A DNA stretch of 64,000 nucleotides from a virus (IMGVR_UViG_3300006204_000001); one strand, 5' to 3'; positions 1-10,471 are shown, counted from the first letter of the stretch. Translations and numbers: made by a program. The notes: generated by a model not told the origin, from the letters alone.

Positions 1-1
1 A

Positions 2-151
2 TTAGCCAAATTCGTATTTCCTAAATCTAATGGTGAATATTCTAAGCTAGATGATTTAGAAAAAGCATGTATTAGAAAAATATATGATAGACTTATACTC
101 ATTATATCAGAAGAGAAACTTTTAATTATGAAAGAGAAAGGGGTATTATAA
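2..151 (+). CDS. 3' end of a hypothetical gene truncated by the window edge
   Basis: Open frame from nt 2 (LAKFVFPKSNGEY...KGVL) to TAA at 149-151, overlapping the next ATG (TAATG). Confidence 0.7.
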   Translation, partial: LAKFVFPKSNGEYSKLDDLEKACIRKIYDRLILIISEEKLLIMKEKGVL

Positions 152-913
152 TGGAAGATATATTAGGTAAATTAAATCCTAATAAAAAAAATAGTGGCAC
201 GCAATTATGGCACTATTAGTCATCTTAAAGGTTCAAAGATGATTAATTCAAGAGATAAGTTAATTGGCATTAACCAAGAAATTATGTTAACTGAAAAAAT
301 TAGGAATAGAGGTGATTTAATAATTATAACTGAAAAAATTGATGGATGTAATGTTGGTGTATTTAGATGCAATAATAAATTATATCCACTAGTAAGAAAA
401 GGTTATGATGTTAGAACTAATCCGGTTAGCTGGATTAAATCATTTGCTAATTATGTAGAAGATAGAGCAGAACAGTTTTTTGATTTATTACAAGATCAAG
501 AAAGAGTTTGCGGTGAATGGATGATTCATCAACATACATTGAAATATAAACTCAAAGGAGATCCTTTTATTGCATTTGATATCATTAGAGGAGATCATAG
601 AGAACGATATATTGACATGTGTAAAAGACTTGATAAAGTCAATATAGAACATACTGGGTTAGTTCATATTGGTTCTCCTATGCATCCTAATTTGGCAATG
701 TTATTATTAGGAAAGGGTTTCCATGGGGTTGAAGATGATCAACCAGAAGGAATAGTTTACAGATATGAATCAGCGAAGTATGGGTTTGAATTTTCTGCTA
801 AATTCGTTGATAATTATAAATTAGGCATTAATGAATATTTTAAAGTAGATGATCCATATTCATGGAATGAAGTTAAGGGTAGATACAAAAAATATTGTAT
901 CTTGAATATATAA
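151..913 (+). CDS. ATP-dependent RNA ligase (Rnl2-like nucleotidyltransferase); likely true start ATG 151 with a one-base frameshift in an A8 run
   Basis: Motif I TEKIDGCN, CGEWM, FIAFDI, PEGIVYR, SAKFV. RBS AAAGGGG lies before ATG 151; none before the GTG at 194 used by the ORF track. Confidence 0.8.
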
Positions 914-926
914 GGAGCATAAATAT

Positions 927-1322
927 ATGATTAATGTTATTCCAGAAGAAATATTAAAGCGTTCTAAGAGTGCTTTAGATGATGATTGTTTTAAAATTTA
1001 TAATAAATCACATCAAATTTATATTTATGACTTATTAGAACGAATAGAACCATATATCGATATTCAAATTATCAGTTTAAAATTATATACAGATGGTAAT
1101 ATGATCATAGCTGAAAATACTAAAGAAATAATATATAAAGGGAGAGGTATTTTCTTATTGAATGAAAGTAAAAGGATTGACTTAACTTTAGAACGAAATT
1201 CATTAGTAAAGTTACCAGTTTCATTAATTTCATTTAACGAAAATATATTGTCTGTATTTGTTGATAAAGAATATATTGATAAATTAGATGAAAGTGGATT
1301 TGCTAATATTATTGATTCATAA
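927..1322 (+). CDS. hypothetical protein
   Basis: 131-aa ORF with AAGGAG RBS. Confidence 0.75.
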   Translation: MINVIPEEILKRSKSALDDDCFKIYNKSHQIYIYDLLERIEPYIDIQIISLKLYTDGNMIIAENTKEIIYKGRGIFLLNESKRIDLTLERNSLVKLPVSLISFNENILSVFVDKEYIDKLDESGFANIIDS

Positions 1323-1332
1323 TTATACAATA

Positions 1333-1372
1333 ATGATTCACCGCTTTAATATGCGGTGAATCATTTATTTTT
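1333..1372 (+). terminator. Rho-independent terminator
   Basis: AATGATTCACCGC-loop-GCGGTGAATCATT followed by a T run. Confidence 0.8.
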
Positions 1373-1393
1373 TATAAATTTAGGAGGTAAATA

Positions 1394-1708
1394 ATGGAAA
1401 ATAAATATATGTTCGAGAGAACAGATAAATCAATAAATGATTATCCTGAAAAGGTAATTATTTTAGCTGATTTATTTCATCTTGGTGATGGTAAAATTGA
1501 ATATATAATAATGGAATCAGAATCTGAAGAAGAATTGTATAATGGACGACAGGAGTATTTAGAATGGACAACCGAAGGTTGTGCTTCATCCTTATGCAGT
1601 AGAGTTATTGATTATATTGACATAGGAAGCAATAAAATACTTGTATATTTGAAACCTGAAGAGAGGAATACGGATAATGAACAATTCAAAGATGTTAAAA
1701 ATGACTAA
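1394..1708 (+). CDS. hypothetical protein
   Basis: 104-aa ORF with AGGAGGT RBS. Confidence 0.75.
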   Translation: MENKYMFERTDKSINDYPEKVIILADLFHLGDGKIEYIIMESESEEELYNGRQEYLEWTTEGCASSLCSRVIDYIDIGSNKILVYLKPEERNTDNEQFKDVKND

Positions 1709-2273
1709 TAAATTGATACATGATTCTCTCGACTATTGGTATAGTACCTGTAGTAAATATAATATTACTGAAGTAAGTCTTAACATATATGGAAATGCAT
1801 GTGTAGATGATAAAGTACAATACGTTAGGAATCATATATCTGATACCAGAGCAGTAACAGTATCAATAGCTCATACGGATGATAATCTAAATATAGATCC
1901 CAATGATAGAATCATAAAATCTGTAACATCAGAAGTGTACATCTCATTACAAGAATTGTATGCTATATTAATAGATACTGAACTTGATTTCAATAAAGCA
2001 TTAAAAACTATGGAATTTACATTACGTCATGAAATCGGGCATATTATAGTCAAAAATAAATTTGTTGATAAACCGATAAAAGAATGGGATAAGGTGGATT
2101 ATGAAGAATCTATCGGATATAATGGAATGCCTACATTAAGAAAAAATGCTAGTAAGCAAGCAAGATTGGAATGGCTATTACAATACAACAGTTTGCCATC
2201 TGAAAAAGCAGCTAACGATGCAGTTGATATCACAGAAGAAGACATTATTGAGGATTTTAACAGATTAAGTTAG
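1677..2273 (+). CDS. zincin-like metallopeptidase (HExxH)
   Basis: LRHEIGH motif plus downstream SEKAAND helix. Confidence 0.6.
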   Translation: MNNSKMLKMTNKLIHDSLDYWYSTCSKYNITEVSLNIYGNACVDDKVQYVRNHISDTRAVTVSIAHTDDNLNIDPNDRIIKSVTSEVYISLQELYAILIDTELDFNKALKTMEFTLRHEIGHIIVKNKFVDKPIKEWDKVDYEESIGYNGMPTLRKNASKQARLEWLLQYNSLPSEKAANDAVDITEEDIIEDFNRLS

Positions 2274-2279
2274 TTAAAC

Positions 2280-2318
2280 ATATTCACTCCATATTAAGTG
2301 GAGTGAATATATTTTTTT
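2280..2318 (+). terminator. Rho-independent terminator
   Basis: ATATTCACTCCA-loop-TGGAGTGAATAT followed by a T run. Confidence 0.8.
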
Positions 2319-2337
2319 GTTGAAAGGAGATATATTA

Positions 2338-5300
2338 ATGAGTGAAATAAAAATTGATAATTCAATTAAAAATGCTATTACAAAAGGAAACTGGAAGGAT
2401 CCAGGAGCAAAACTATATGATGATATTTTAAAAAATACAAATTGGAAGGATCTTTTAAAAGAAGCATATCTTGTTGCTCCAGTTAATGATATAACTAATG
2501 ATCCAAGAGTACGTACGAGATTAAATAGTTCTGGATGTAAATATCCTCATCATCATATAAAGGATGGTAAACTTGTTGTATCAATTTCTGGATTGCGTTC
2601 TGCATATATATGTGCAAGAAATCAGGGTTATTTCAATAATGATTCAAATAATAGACCTGAATATAGTAGATCAGTAGTTACTCATTTGAATAGACATTGT
2701 AAAGAGTTAGGAATTGAACCTATATGGCATCACGGTGAACTTTATTTTCAGGATATTAAATCAAAGAAATTTGTTGAATATACTGATATAAATGAATTTA
2801 ATGAAGATTCAGATGAAAAGTTATATAGAGTTACATTTAATGACATTGGTATTTATGAAGCTATGAGACAACATATGTCATTAGATAAATGGAGAGATTT
2901 TTTAAAATCTGATAATGCTACATGGTTACCAAAACCAGATAAATATCCAGATGGATATACTTCATATTTCACTAAAGAAGGAATTGATAAATTTAATGAA
3001 TTAGTATATCCTATATCATGTGGAATTCTTGGAGATAATATTAAATATGAAGAATTTGATCAGGATGATATAGGAGATATTGTTTATAAAGATAATTATC
3101 AAATAATAGCCGAATATAAAGAATTTAACGAAGCATCACATGGAAAATTAAAATATGATTTTAGAAAAGGTTATGATTGGAATTCTGGTCATGGAATAAA
3201 GATTATATATTCATTAGATAATATTGAAATCACTAATATAGGAAAAGGATTTTCAACTGATGCTGATAAAGATAAAAATATAAAAGATATAGAAAAAAAT
3301 ATTAAAAATAAAGGTAATATGGATCATGTATCTAAAGGTCAAAAAGTATTAGCTATAATAGATAGAGTAACTGGAGAAAGACTTAATGAATGTGATTATA
3401 TTGGTCCATTTGCTCCAGCTATATCAAATCGTAATCTAGATTTATCTGATGATATAGATGATCTGCATGATTATTATAATTCTAAAGGTCCAGATTTTGT
3501 AAAGCGATATATTAATCATATTAAGGTAGGAGAAAATGATAATACTAGCGTATATAAATCTACTCATTGGTTCAAAAATGATATGAAGGAAGTAAAAGAT
3601 AGATATGGATATATGGATAAAGTAGATAATACTATTGTAAGGGGAACTAAAGCAGAAGCTCTTAAATATGGAAGAGGAGCTAAAATGAATGATATTGATA
3701 ATAATGATGCTTTAGGTATGGTAGGATCATTTCCAAAATATAATCATCCATCTAAGAAAGATAAAAAGAGAAATCCTGAATATTATGAAAATGAAGAATT
3801 TACAGAAAAATCGCATTCTAATTTGAAATATGCTTTTAGAATGGCTGTAAATCCTCATAATGGCCATTTTATAAAAATCGTATTTGATTTAGATTCAGAT
3901 AAAGTATTACAAATAGGAGATCATACTCAACAATCTGGAAGAAATAAAGAAAAAGATGAAGAAACAAGAAAGAATATAAGAAAAAATGGATCTAATGATT
4001 TTTCTTCTATTGGACTAGTTAAAGGTATTCAAGATTTAGATACTAAAGAGCAACTTAAATCAGTAGATACTCTTGGTGTTATTGGAGCTAGTAATCAAAC
4101 TAGGTTTAGTGTTCCAGAAGAATTAAGAGATAAGCGTTTAGGAGATGAGCAATATAATATGTTTTCATATCCATTAAAGGATAGAGAAAAAATTATTAAA
4201 ACATTAAATCTTGATAATGCTAAAGATATAATAAAATTTACAGTTGGAGAAGTTGAAAAGGTTCCAAGTTATAAAGCTACATTATTATCTAAATCAATAT
4301 CTGGTGTATATCATAATCAGTTTAATCCGAAAGGAAGAGGAGATCAGAGTAAAAGTAAAAGTTATGATCAAAGTGTATATGCAGGATTGAAATCTTTAAA
4401 GTCAAGATACAAAAAAGTTCATGATGTATTAAAGGATAATGATTATTATGAAGACGATTTTGATTATATTGAGAAATTATTAAATAAATTAGAAGAAGAT
4501 GTTGATAAACATAGTGATGAAAAATATGGTCAAAGTACAATGCATCCAAGATATAGCAGAAGATATAGTAACATAGACAGTTCTATTAGCGAACTTGAAG
4601 TTGAAATAAAAAATATGAAAAAGAAAAAAGATAGTAAGGTAGATAAACAAATCAATGAAAATTTCAATATTATGTACACTATAATTCAGGAACAAACAGG
4701 AGCTAATTTATTTGATGATAACTTTGAAATATTTGAAGAGTCTGATAAAATAGATATAGTAAAGGAAATTAATTACTGTATGGATATGTTAAATAAAACA
4801 GGAGATGAGAAATGGTTAAATAAATTTAAATTAGCTCAAAAGAAATTGATAAATGAATCATATGCAGAATCATCTGATATCAAAAAAAACGATGAATTTG
4901 TTCCAATATTTGGAATATTAAAGAAAACATCTTTAGATGATAAAAGAAATGATGGTTCTGAAAAAGATGAATATGATAAGGAAATGAGTAAATTTCAAAA
5001 ACAAATTAGTACTCTTACATTCGGAGATAATTATGCTCATGCATTAATATCTTTTGATGATAAGTTTAATCATCTATATTCTTTTGGTGATGAAGGAATT
5101 GAGGATGACAGTATATATTTAGATAGTTGGATGGCTACGGATTCTATCTATATCTGTGTAATGTTTGTTACAAAAGATGAAAGAGATAAGATGAAAATAT
5201 ATGTGGATGATATACTTGCTCATCCAGAAAAAACATCATATGCATTTTCTAATTTATTAAAAGCATATATAAGTAAACCTGCGAAGATAGATAAACGATT

Positions 5301-5613
5301 TGTTTGTTCTACATTCACTGGATTTATTATGAGCTGTGCAAATCCTAAAAATTTAAATAGAGATTATTCCAGATTAAGACCAGAAGATATTACTATATTA
5401 CCTAGAGCATTTTATGTAATGAATATCAAAGATAGAGAAGAATTCATTAATAGAAGAAGTGAATTAATAAATAGAGTGAAAGCTATTTATGATGAATACC
5501 ATGAAGAATTAGAAGATTATAATAATCATTTACCTAAATTATTATTGAAAGATAGAGTAGATAAATTAAAAACTTCTGATAAAATACTTGATTGGATAAT
5601 TAGTAAATTATAA
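2338..5613 (+). CDS. large multidomain (polyvalent-type) probable virion protein with C-terminal permuted papain/NlpC-P60-like domain
   Basis: RBS GAAAGGAG before ATG 2338. C-terminal YAHALISFD...FVCSTF...LRPEDI has His before Cys (permuted order). Internal duplicated domain (EASHGKLKYDFR / EKSHSNLKYAFR). N-terminal KYPHH...HLNRH domain. Confidence 0.6.
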   Translation: MSEIKIDNSIKNAITKGNWKDPGAKLYDDILKNTNWKDLLKEAYLVAPVNDITNDPRVRTRLNSSGCKYPHHHIKDGKLVVSISGLRSAYICARNQGYFNNDSNNRPEYSRSVVTHLNRHCKELGIEPIWHHGELYFQDIKSKKFVEYTDINEFNEDSDEKLYRVTFNDIGIYEAMRQHMSLDKWRDFLKSDNATWLPKPDKYPDGYTSYFTKEGIDKFNELVYPISCGILGDNIKYEEFDQDDIGDIVYKDNYQIIAEYKEFNEASHGKLKYDFRKGYDWNSGHGIKIIYSLDNIEITNIGKGFSTDADKDKNIKDIEKNIKNKGNMDHVSKGQKVLAIIDRVTGERLNECDYIGPFAPAISNRNLDLSDDIDDLHDYYNSKGPDFVKRYINHIKVGENDNTSVYKSTHWFKNDMKEVKDRYGYMDKVDNTIVRGTKAEALKYGRGAKMNDIDNNDALGMVGSFPKYNHPSKKDKKRNPEYYENEEFTEKSHSNLKYAFRMAVNPHNGHFIKIVFDLDSDKVLQIGDHTQQSGRNKEKDEETRKNIRKNGSNDFSSIGLVKGIQDLDTKEQLKSVDTLGVIGASNQTRFSVPEELRDKRLGDEQYNMFSYPLKDREKIIKTLNLDNAKDIIKFTVGEVEKVPSYKATLLSKSISGVYHNQFNPKGRGDQSKSKSYDQSVYAGLKSLKSRYKKVHDVLKDNDYYEDDFDYIEKLLNKLEEDVDKHSDEKYGQSTMHPRYSRRYSNIDSSISELEVEIKNMKKKKDSKVDKQINENFNIMYTIIQEQTGANLFDDNFEIFEESDKIDIVKEINYCMDMLNKTGDEKWLNKFKLAQKKLINESYAESSDIKKNDEFVPIFGILKKTSLDDKRNDGSEKDEYDKEMSKFQKQISTLTFGDNYAHALISFDDKFNHLYSFGDEGIEDDSIYLDSWMATDSIYICVMFVTKDERDKMKIYVDDILAHPEKTSYAFSNLLKAYISKPAKIDKRFVCSTFTGFIMSCANPKNLNRDYSRLRPEDITILPRAFYVMNIKDREEFINRRSELINRVKAIYDEYHEELEDYNNHLPKLLLKDRVDKLKTSDKILDWIISKL

Positions 5614-5635
5614 ATTATGGAGGTATTAAATAACA

Positions 5636-8600
5636 ATGGATAATTATATGGAAAATAATATATTCATAGAATCTAATGAAGATATTGGAATCAATTATAA
5701 AAATTATGTACCATTGATTCAACAATCAAAAAGATTCTTATCAATTATTGAAGATAGTATAGAAGAATTATTAAAAGATCCTTTTATTCCAATTGATTTA
5801 AGAGATGAAATAAGTCAATTTAAAGAAGATATTAATAATACTAATAAAAATCCTTATGATATCATTATTAGTGATATTCCAAAATTGAAAATAAAAATAA
5901 ATAAGTCTAGGCATGAAATGACTAATATTTTACAAAGAATGAGTAATATTAAAAAGGATATTGCTTTCGGAGGTGATTTTATTCATGGTATCCTAATGAA
6001 AAGTAAAGTATATTCTAAAGACATTAATGAAGAAAAATATAATATAGGATCTATGAATATTAGAAATATTACTAGAGCATTTGACTGGTTAGAAAAAGTT
6101 GTTATTGATTTATTTAATATGATAGATCAAGATTTAAATGTCCTTACAATTGTGCATGAATTATATGGTAAAAATAAAATTTATGAATCTACTAATAATG
6201 TATTAGAAAACCATGATACAGTATTAACATCTGAAATATTCAAAGAGACTGGAACTACTCCTAGAGAAATATATAATTGGATGAGTAAAAATATTTCATA
6301 TGATAAAACTATTAAGGGATGGAAACTACGAGATGCTGCTAAATTGTATAAAGATAAGAAAGGTAATTGTCATGACCAATCTTATTTTACTACATTACAA
6401 TTGCATTCATTAGGATATGTTACAGGTCAAATATTTTTTGTTGAATGTGCAATGGCTGCAGATAATCCTGATGGTAATGCCCATACTACTACATGGTATA
6501 AAGAAGATGGAAAATTTTATTGGCTAGAAACAGCATGGAAAAAATTTAATGGTATCCATGGTCCATTTGATAATATGGATGACTTAAAGAAAGAAATTAT
6601 AGATTCATATAATCATGATTCCGATATTAACTCTCATAATCCTAAATATAAAACATTAGCTATGGGAGATATATCTAATTATAGAATAGGAATGAATTTA
6701 CATAGATACGTAGTATCATGGAAGTATTTGAAAGAAGTACAAGTATTAGATGATAAAAAGAAATCTGTAAAATTTAATGAATCAATGACTATAGAAGATC
6801 AAATAAAAGTGTCTATAAATAATATAGAATCCATTGTATTATATAATGAATCCAATGATACATCATATGATATGATATCTACACCTGAAGAATTATTGAA
6901 TTGGATGGATTGTATTCAATACGGATGGATATCAAAAGTAGATGGAAAAATATATGGTACTTCTGAAGAAGATGATGAAAATATATTCTTCAGAGAGTAT
7001 TATTTGCAATCGCCAAATCAATTGATTAATTCAAAAATTGGTGTATGTTGGGACCAGGCTGAATTGGAAAGAAAATGGTTCAGTGATCATAATATAGATT
7101 GTACTGTTATCTATATCATGATTAATGATAATAAAAATTGTCCAACTCATACATTTCTTGTATATGAAACAGAAGATGGATATTATAAATGGTTTGAACA
7201 TTCATGGGGGCAATATAAAGGTATTCATTCATATACATCTTTAAAGGATTTATTAATGAATGTTATATCAAAACATCAAGAATGTAATAATGATACTGAA
7301 TCTCCTATTATAATCAATAATATTTGTATAACACCTAAGTTTGGATCTAGTTGTAATGAGTTCATGGATTTTTGTGCTAATTGTAAAAGTATTGATTTGA
7401 ATGATGTTGGTAATGAAATATTTAGTGAATCAGTATTATTAGAATTGGAAGAATCATTTAATGAATTTAAATCATTAATTGATGAATCATATTATTACAA
7501 TGAATCTGTCTCAAATAATACCATTAAAGATTTTAAAAAGAGATGGAAATACGATGAAAAAACTCAAACTATTGAATATGAAAAAAGAAGGTTCAAAGTT
7601 GATTTTAATCCTGATATTGATATAAGTGAAAAATATGCTTTATGTGTTGTAAAAAGACGTGGTCAAGAGGCTGTTATTTCTATTAGTGATAGAATATGGA
7701 AATTTGATGCAGATTCTCAAGATGTATTAGTACTTCATGAAATAGGTCATATTGTATATCAATTATCAGAAAGACCATTTCCAAAATCAATAAGAGAATT
7801 AATTGAAAGAATTAAAAAAGCTATTCAAAGGTTAGTTGCTAGAATAAAGATGAGAAAATATACAAAAGGAGTTCATGGAAATGGATATTGGGAAATAGAA
7901 GCAGATATGTATGCAGCTAATAGATCATCACCAGAAAATATGAAAAGATCATTATCAAATTTTTATAATTATGAAATATTACATGAATTAGAAAAAAATC
8001 TTGATAATGATCTTAATAATTCTAATATCAAAAAGAAATATGATGAATTGAAAAATATTAATTCTATATCTATGTCATATGAAGATTATAAAAAAGAAAT
8101 GATTAAAGCCCTTGCAAGAAAAAAATATGAAGAAATAATGAAAAATCCTAATAACGTAGTAGTTCGTGATTTGAATCAAAGGATAAAAGCTTTATCAGAT
8201 AATAAACTTGTAAATAGTAAATACTTTAAAAAAGAATCATATGATCCACCATTTTCATATGATCAATTACCAGAGCATTTAAAGAATGATCCAGTTCATA
8301 AATGGAGAGCTGAAACTGGTATAGAATTAATTCATAAAGAATCTGTATATATAGATATAGCTTCATTACCAGATAGATTATATTTTGCTTCACCAAATAA
8401 AATTGAAGGTTCAATAACTCCTATGACAGATAGAGGATTATTTATGACTCCATTTCAAGGTATAGCTTCCCTATTTATCATTGATAGACATAGAATAATG
8501 AAAGATTATATCAGAGATAGTATAGCTCCATTAATATGCATAGGTAATCAATATAATCTTGAATATAGTGAATGGAAATTAGAGAATGATATATTAATAA

Positions 8601-10093
8601 CTCCTTTAACTTCAGCACATATTAATCATAATATTCCATGTCTTACTAATATGATAGAAGGTGAGTCAATCGGTTACATTCATGAAATAGATATTTCATC
8701 TATAAAAGATGAACTTCAATATTTTGTATCTAAGGATGCTAATAGAGAAGTTATTTATAAAGGAAATAAATCATTACCAATCACAAATATTATTGAACAC
8801 AAAATTCATTATAATTTGGGATATGAGAAAGACGAATGGGATGGAAGTATAAATATTTTATTTGATGGAAAACCAATAAAAGTTTCTACTGAAGAAGAAT
8901 TAAACAATTTAAAAAATAATTCATCTATAGTAGAATCGTTTGATGCCATGATAACTAATAAATTATATTTTGCAACCACTAAAGAATTATCATCAGAGAC
9001 CATATCAGTTAAATATCCTAGAGCTTTAATATTATATCAAACCATAAGAAGTGCATCTTTGCATGGTATTAATAAAGATATATTAGCAAAGAAATATTTT
9101 GAAGATATTTTAGCCAAAAATAATAAAGAAATATATAAATCTAAATATACTACAATGTATGCTCCCATAGATCCATCTAGTGATAAAACAAAAGTATTAT
9201 CACATATTCATATATATCATGATGTCCCTTCATATACTGAAATTGGATCAGGAGAAGAAACTATATATGTATATGAAGTAGATGTATCTGAAATACAATA
9301 TGAATTATCTTTTATTAAAGATGGATGGTTGTATCAAGGAACTTCTAAATTACCTATTAAAAAATTAGGTAATAGTACTATTAATTGGGATATTACTTAT
9401 AGTAATAAAATTGGTACTACTGGAAGTATAGAGATAAAAGATAATGCAAAAGGACGTATGATAGAATGTGGTATAGTGGATGAAACAGGATTAACTGGAA
9501 CTGATATGGTATGGTTAGAAAAGTTTCTTGAAGAAGAAGGATTAAAAATTTATTCTGAATCAGAATTGAAATATACTGATACTACAAAACCAATTAAAAA
9601 AGAATCTATGCCTAAACAAATAGATGAGGTTGAATCTGATAAAAATGGTATTAGAAGAAAAAAATTATATATGAAATTTATTGAATGGGCTAAGGAGTAT
9701 AATCCGCGTAATACTTTTGGATCACTTTTTGATAAAGATGTTTTTCATATAACATATTCCTTTATACCAGAAGAAATGAGATATTTCTATAGATTAGCAA
9801 ATCCTCTATTATGTGTTTTATCGGGTGATTTAACTTTCTTTCAAGCATCTGAATTAAGGAAATTAAATTCAGAAAATAAAGAAATAGATAAGTTATTAAT
9901 ATTTGCAGCTACAGAAAATGATATGCGAATATTTAATAAAAATGATAAGAAAATATATAAAGGTATAGAAGAAAATAAAAAAATAATATTAAAGGAGCCA
10001 TTAGCAGATACGTTTGATTTATACATACAGAATATGATTAAATGTGGGGATATATTAAATGGTCCTGTAGATGATATTAAGAAAGGAGAATAA
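5636..10093 (+). CDS. 1485-aa polyvalent protein: two transglutaminase-like domains, a zincin HExxH domain, two ART-like repeats, C-terminal SMI1/KNR4-like domain
   Basis: GNCHDQS...AHTTTWY...WLE; GVCWDQAE...THTFLVY...WFE; LHEIGH...EIEADMYA; LYFAS...GLFMT...YIHEID and LYFAT...YVYEVD; IPEEMRYFY...LLIFA...LADTFDLYI. Confidence 0.6.
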   Translation: MDNYMENNIFIESNEDIGINYKNYVPLIQQSKRFLSIIEDSIEELLKDPFIPIDLRDEISQFKEDINNTNKNPYDIIISDIPKLKIKINKSRHEMTNILQRMSNIKKDIAFGGDFIHGILMKSKVYSKDINEEKYNIGSMNIRNITRAFDWLEKVVIDLFNMIDQDLNVLTIVHELYGKNKIYESTNNVLENHDTVLTSEIFKETGTTPREIYNWMSKNISYDKTIKGWKLRDAAKLYKDKKGNCHDQSYFTTLQLHSLGYVTGQIFFVECAMAADNPDGNAHTTTWYKEDGKFYWLETAWKKFNGIHGPFDNMDDLKKEIIDSYNHDSDINSHNPKYKTLAMGDISNYRIGMNLHRYVVSWKYLKEVQVLDDKKKSVKFNESMTIEDQIKVSINNIESIVLYNESNDTSYDMISTPEELLNWMDCIQYGWISKVDGKIYGTSEEDDENIFFREYYLQSPNQLINSKIGVCWDQAELERKWFSDHNIDCTVIYIMINDNKNCPTHTFLVYETEDGYYKWFEHSWGQYKGIHSYTSLKDLLMNVISKHQECNNDTESPIIINNICITPKFGSSCNEFMDFCANCKSIDLNDVGNEIFSESVLLELEESFNEFKSLIDESYYYNESVSNNTIKDFKKRWKYDEKTQTIEYEKRRFKVDFNPDIDISEKYALCVVKRRGQEAVISISDRIWKFDADSQDVLVLHEIGHIVYQLSERPFPKSIRELIERIKKAIQRLVARIKMRKYTKGVHGNGYWEIEADMYAANRSSPENMKRSLSNFYNYEILHELEKNLDNDLNNSNIKKKYDELKNINSISMSYEDYKKEMIKALARKKYEEIMKNPNNVVVRDLNQRIKALSDNKLVNSKYFKKESYDPPFSYDQLPEHLKNDPVHKWRAETGIELIHKESVYIDIASLPDRLYFASPNKIEGSITPMTDRGLFMTPFQGIASLFIIDRHRIMKDYIRDSIAPLICIGNQYNLEYSEWKLENDILITPLTSAHINHNIPCLTNMIEGESIGYIHEIDISSIKDELQYFVSKDANREVIYKGNKSLPITNIIEHKIHYNLGYEKDEWDGSINILFDGKPIKVSTEEELNNLKNNSSIVESFDAMITNKLYFATTKELSSETISVKYPRALILYQTIRSASLHGINKDILAKKYFEDILAKNNKEIYKSKYTTMYAPIDPSSDKTKVLSHIHIYHDVPSYTEIGSGEETIYVYEVDVSEIQYELSFIKDGWLYQGTSKLPIKKLGNSTINWDITYSNKIGTTGSIEIKDNAKGRMIECGIVDETGLTGTDMVWLEKFLEEEGLKIYSESELKYTDTTKPIKKESMPKQIDEVESDKNGIRRKKLYMKFIEWAKEYNPRNTFGSLFDKDVFHITYSFIPEEMRYFYRLANPLLCVLSGDLTFFQASELRKLNSENKEIDKLLIFAATENDMRIFNKNDKKIYKGIEENKKIILKEPLADTFDLYIQNMIKCGDILNGPVDDIKKGE

Positions 10094-10095
10094 TT

Positions 10096-10224
10096 ATGAT
10101 TATAGTCGGATTATCTTTTGTATTGTTATCTTTAGTTGCAATTAATCTTATTAGAAGAGAAATAAAACTTAATAAAATTTATACTAAAATGTCAAATATA
10201 TTGATATCATCTATTATAGAATAA
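10096..10224 (+). CDS. small membrane protein, 42 aa (not in ORF track)
   Basis: AAGGAG RBS; MIIVGLSFVLLSLVAINLIRR hydrophobic N-terminus. Confidence 0.55.
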   Translation: MIIVGLSFVLLSLVAINLIRREIKLNKIYTKMSNILISSIIE

Positions 10225-10231
10225 AATTAAC

Positions 10232-10263
10232 AAAAGGAGGATTAAAATCCTCCTTTTATTTTT
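10232..10263 (+). terminator. Rho-independent terminator
   Basis: AAAAGGGAGGAT-loop-ATCCTCCTTTT. Confidence 0.75.
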
Positions 10264-10265
10264 AT

Positions 10266-10278
10266 AATTATATATTCT
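10266..10278 (+). promoter_or_regulatory. putative early-type phage promoter motif AATTATATATTCT
   Basis: Same motif recurs upstream of several non-structural genes. Confidence 0.45.
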
Positions 10279-10357
10279 AATTATGAATCAATAATAGCTA
10301 TTTTGATTTTGTAACTAAAGTTAACTTACCTTTCGAACATAATTGGAGATATACACA

Positions 10358-10471
10358 ATGAATGATACACATAATATACGTAACTATTGTTATTCTAAAG
10401 ATCAAAACTTGAAATACAGAAGTTTTGTTTCAATATTTTATGTTTCATTTATATGGAGTATAAAAATATAA
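10358..10471 (+). CDS. small ORF, 37 aa (not in ORF track)
   Basis: GGAG RBS; MNDTHNIRNYCY...FIWSIKI; lies between the early-type motif and a terminator. Confidence 0.4.
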   Translation: MNDTHNIRNYCYSKDQNLKYRSFVSIFYVSFIWSIKI

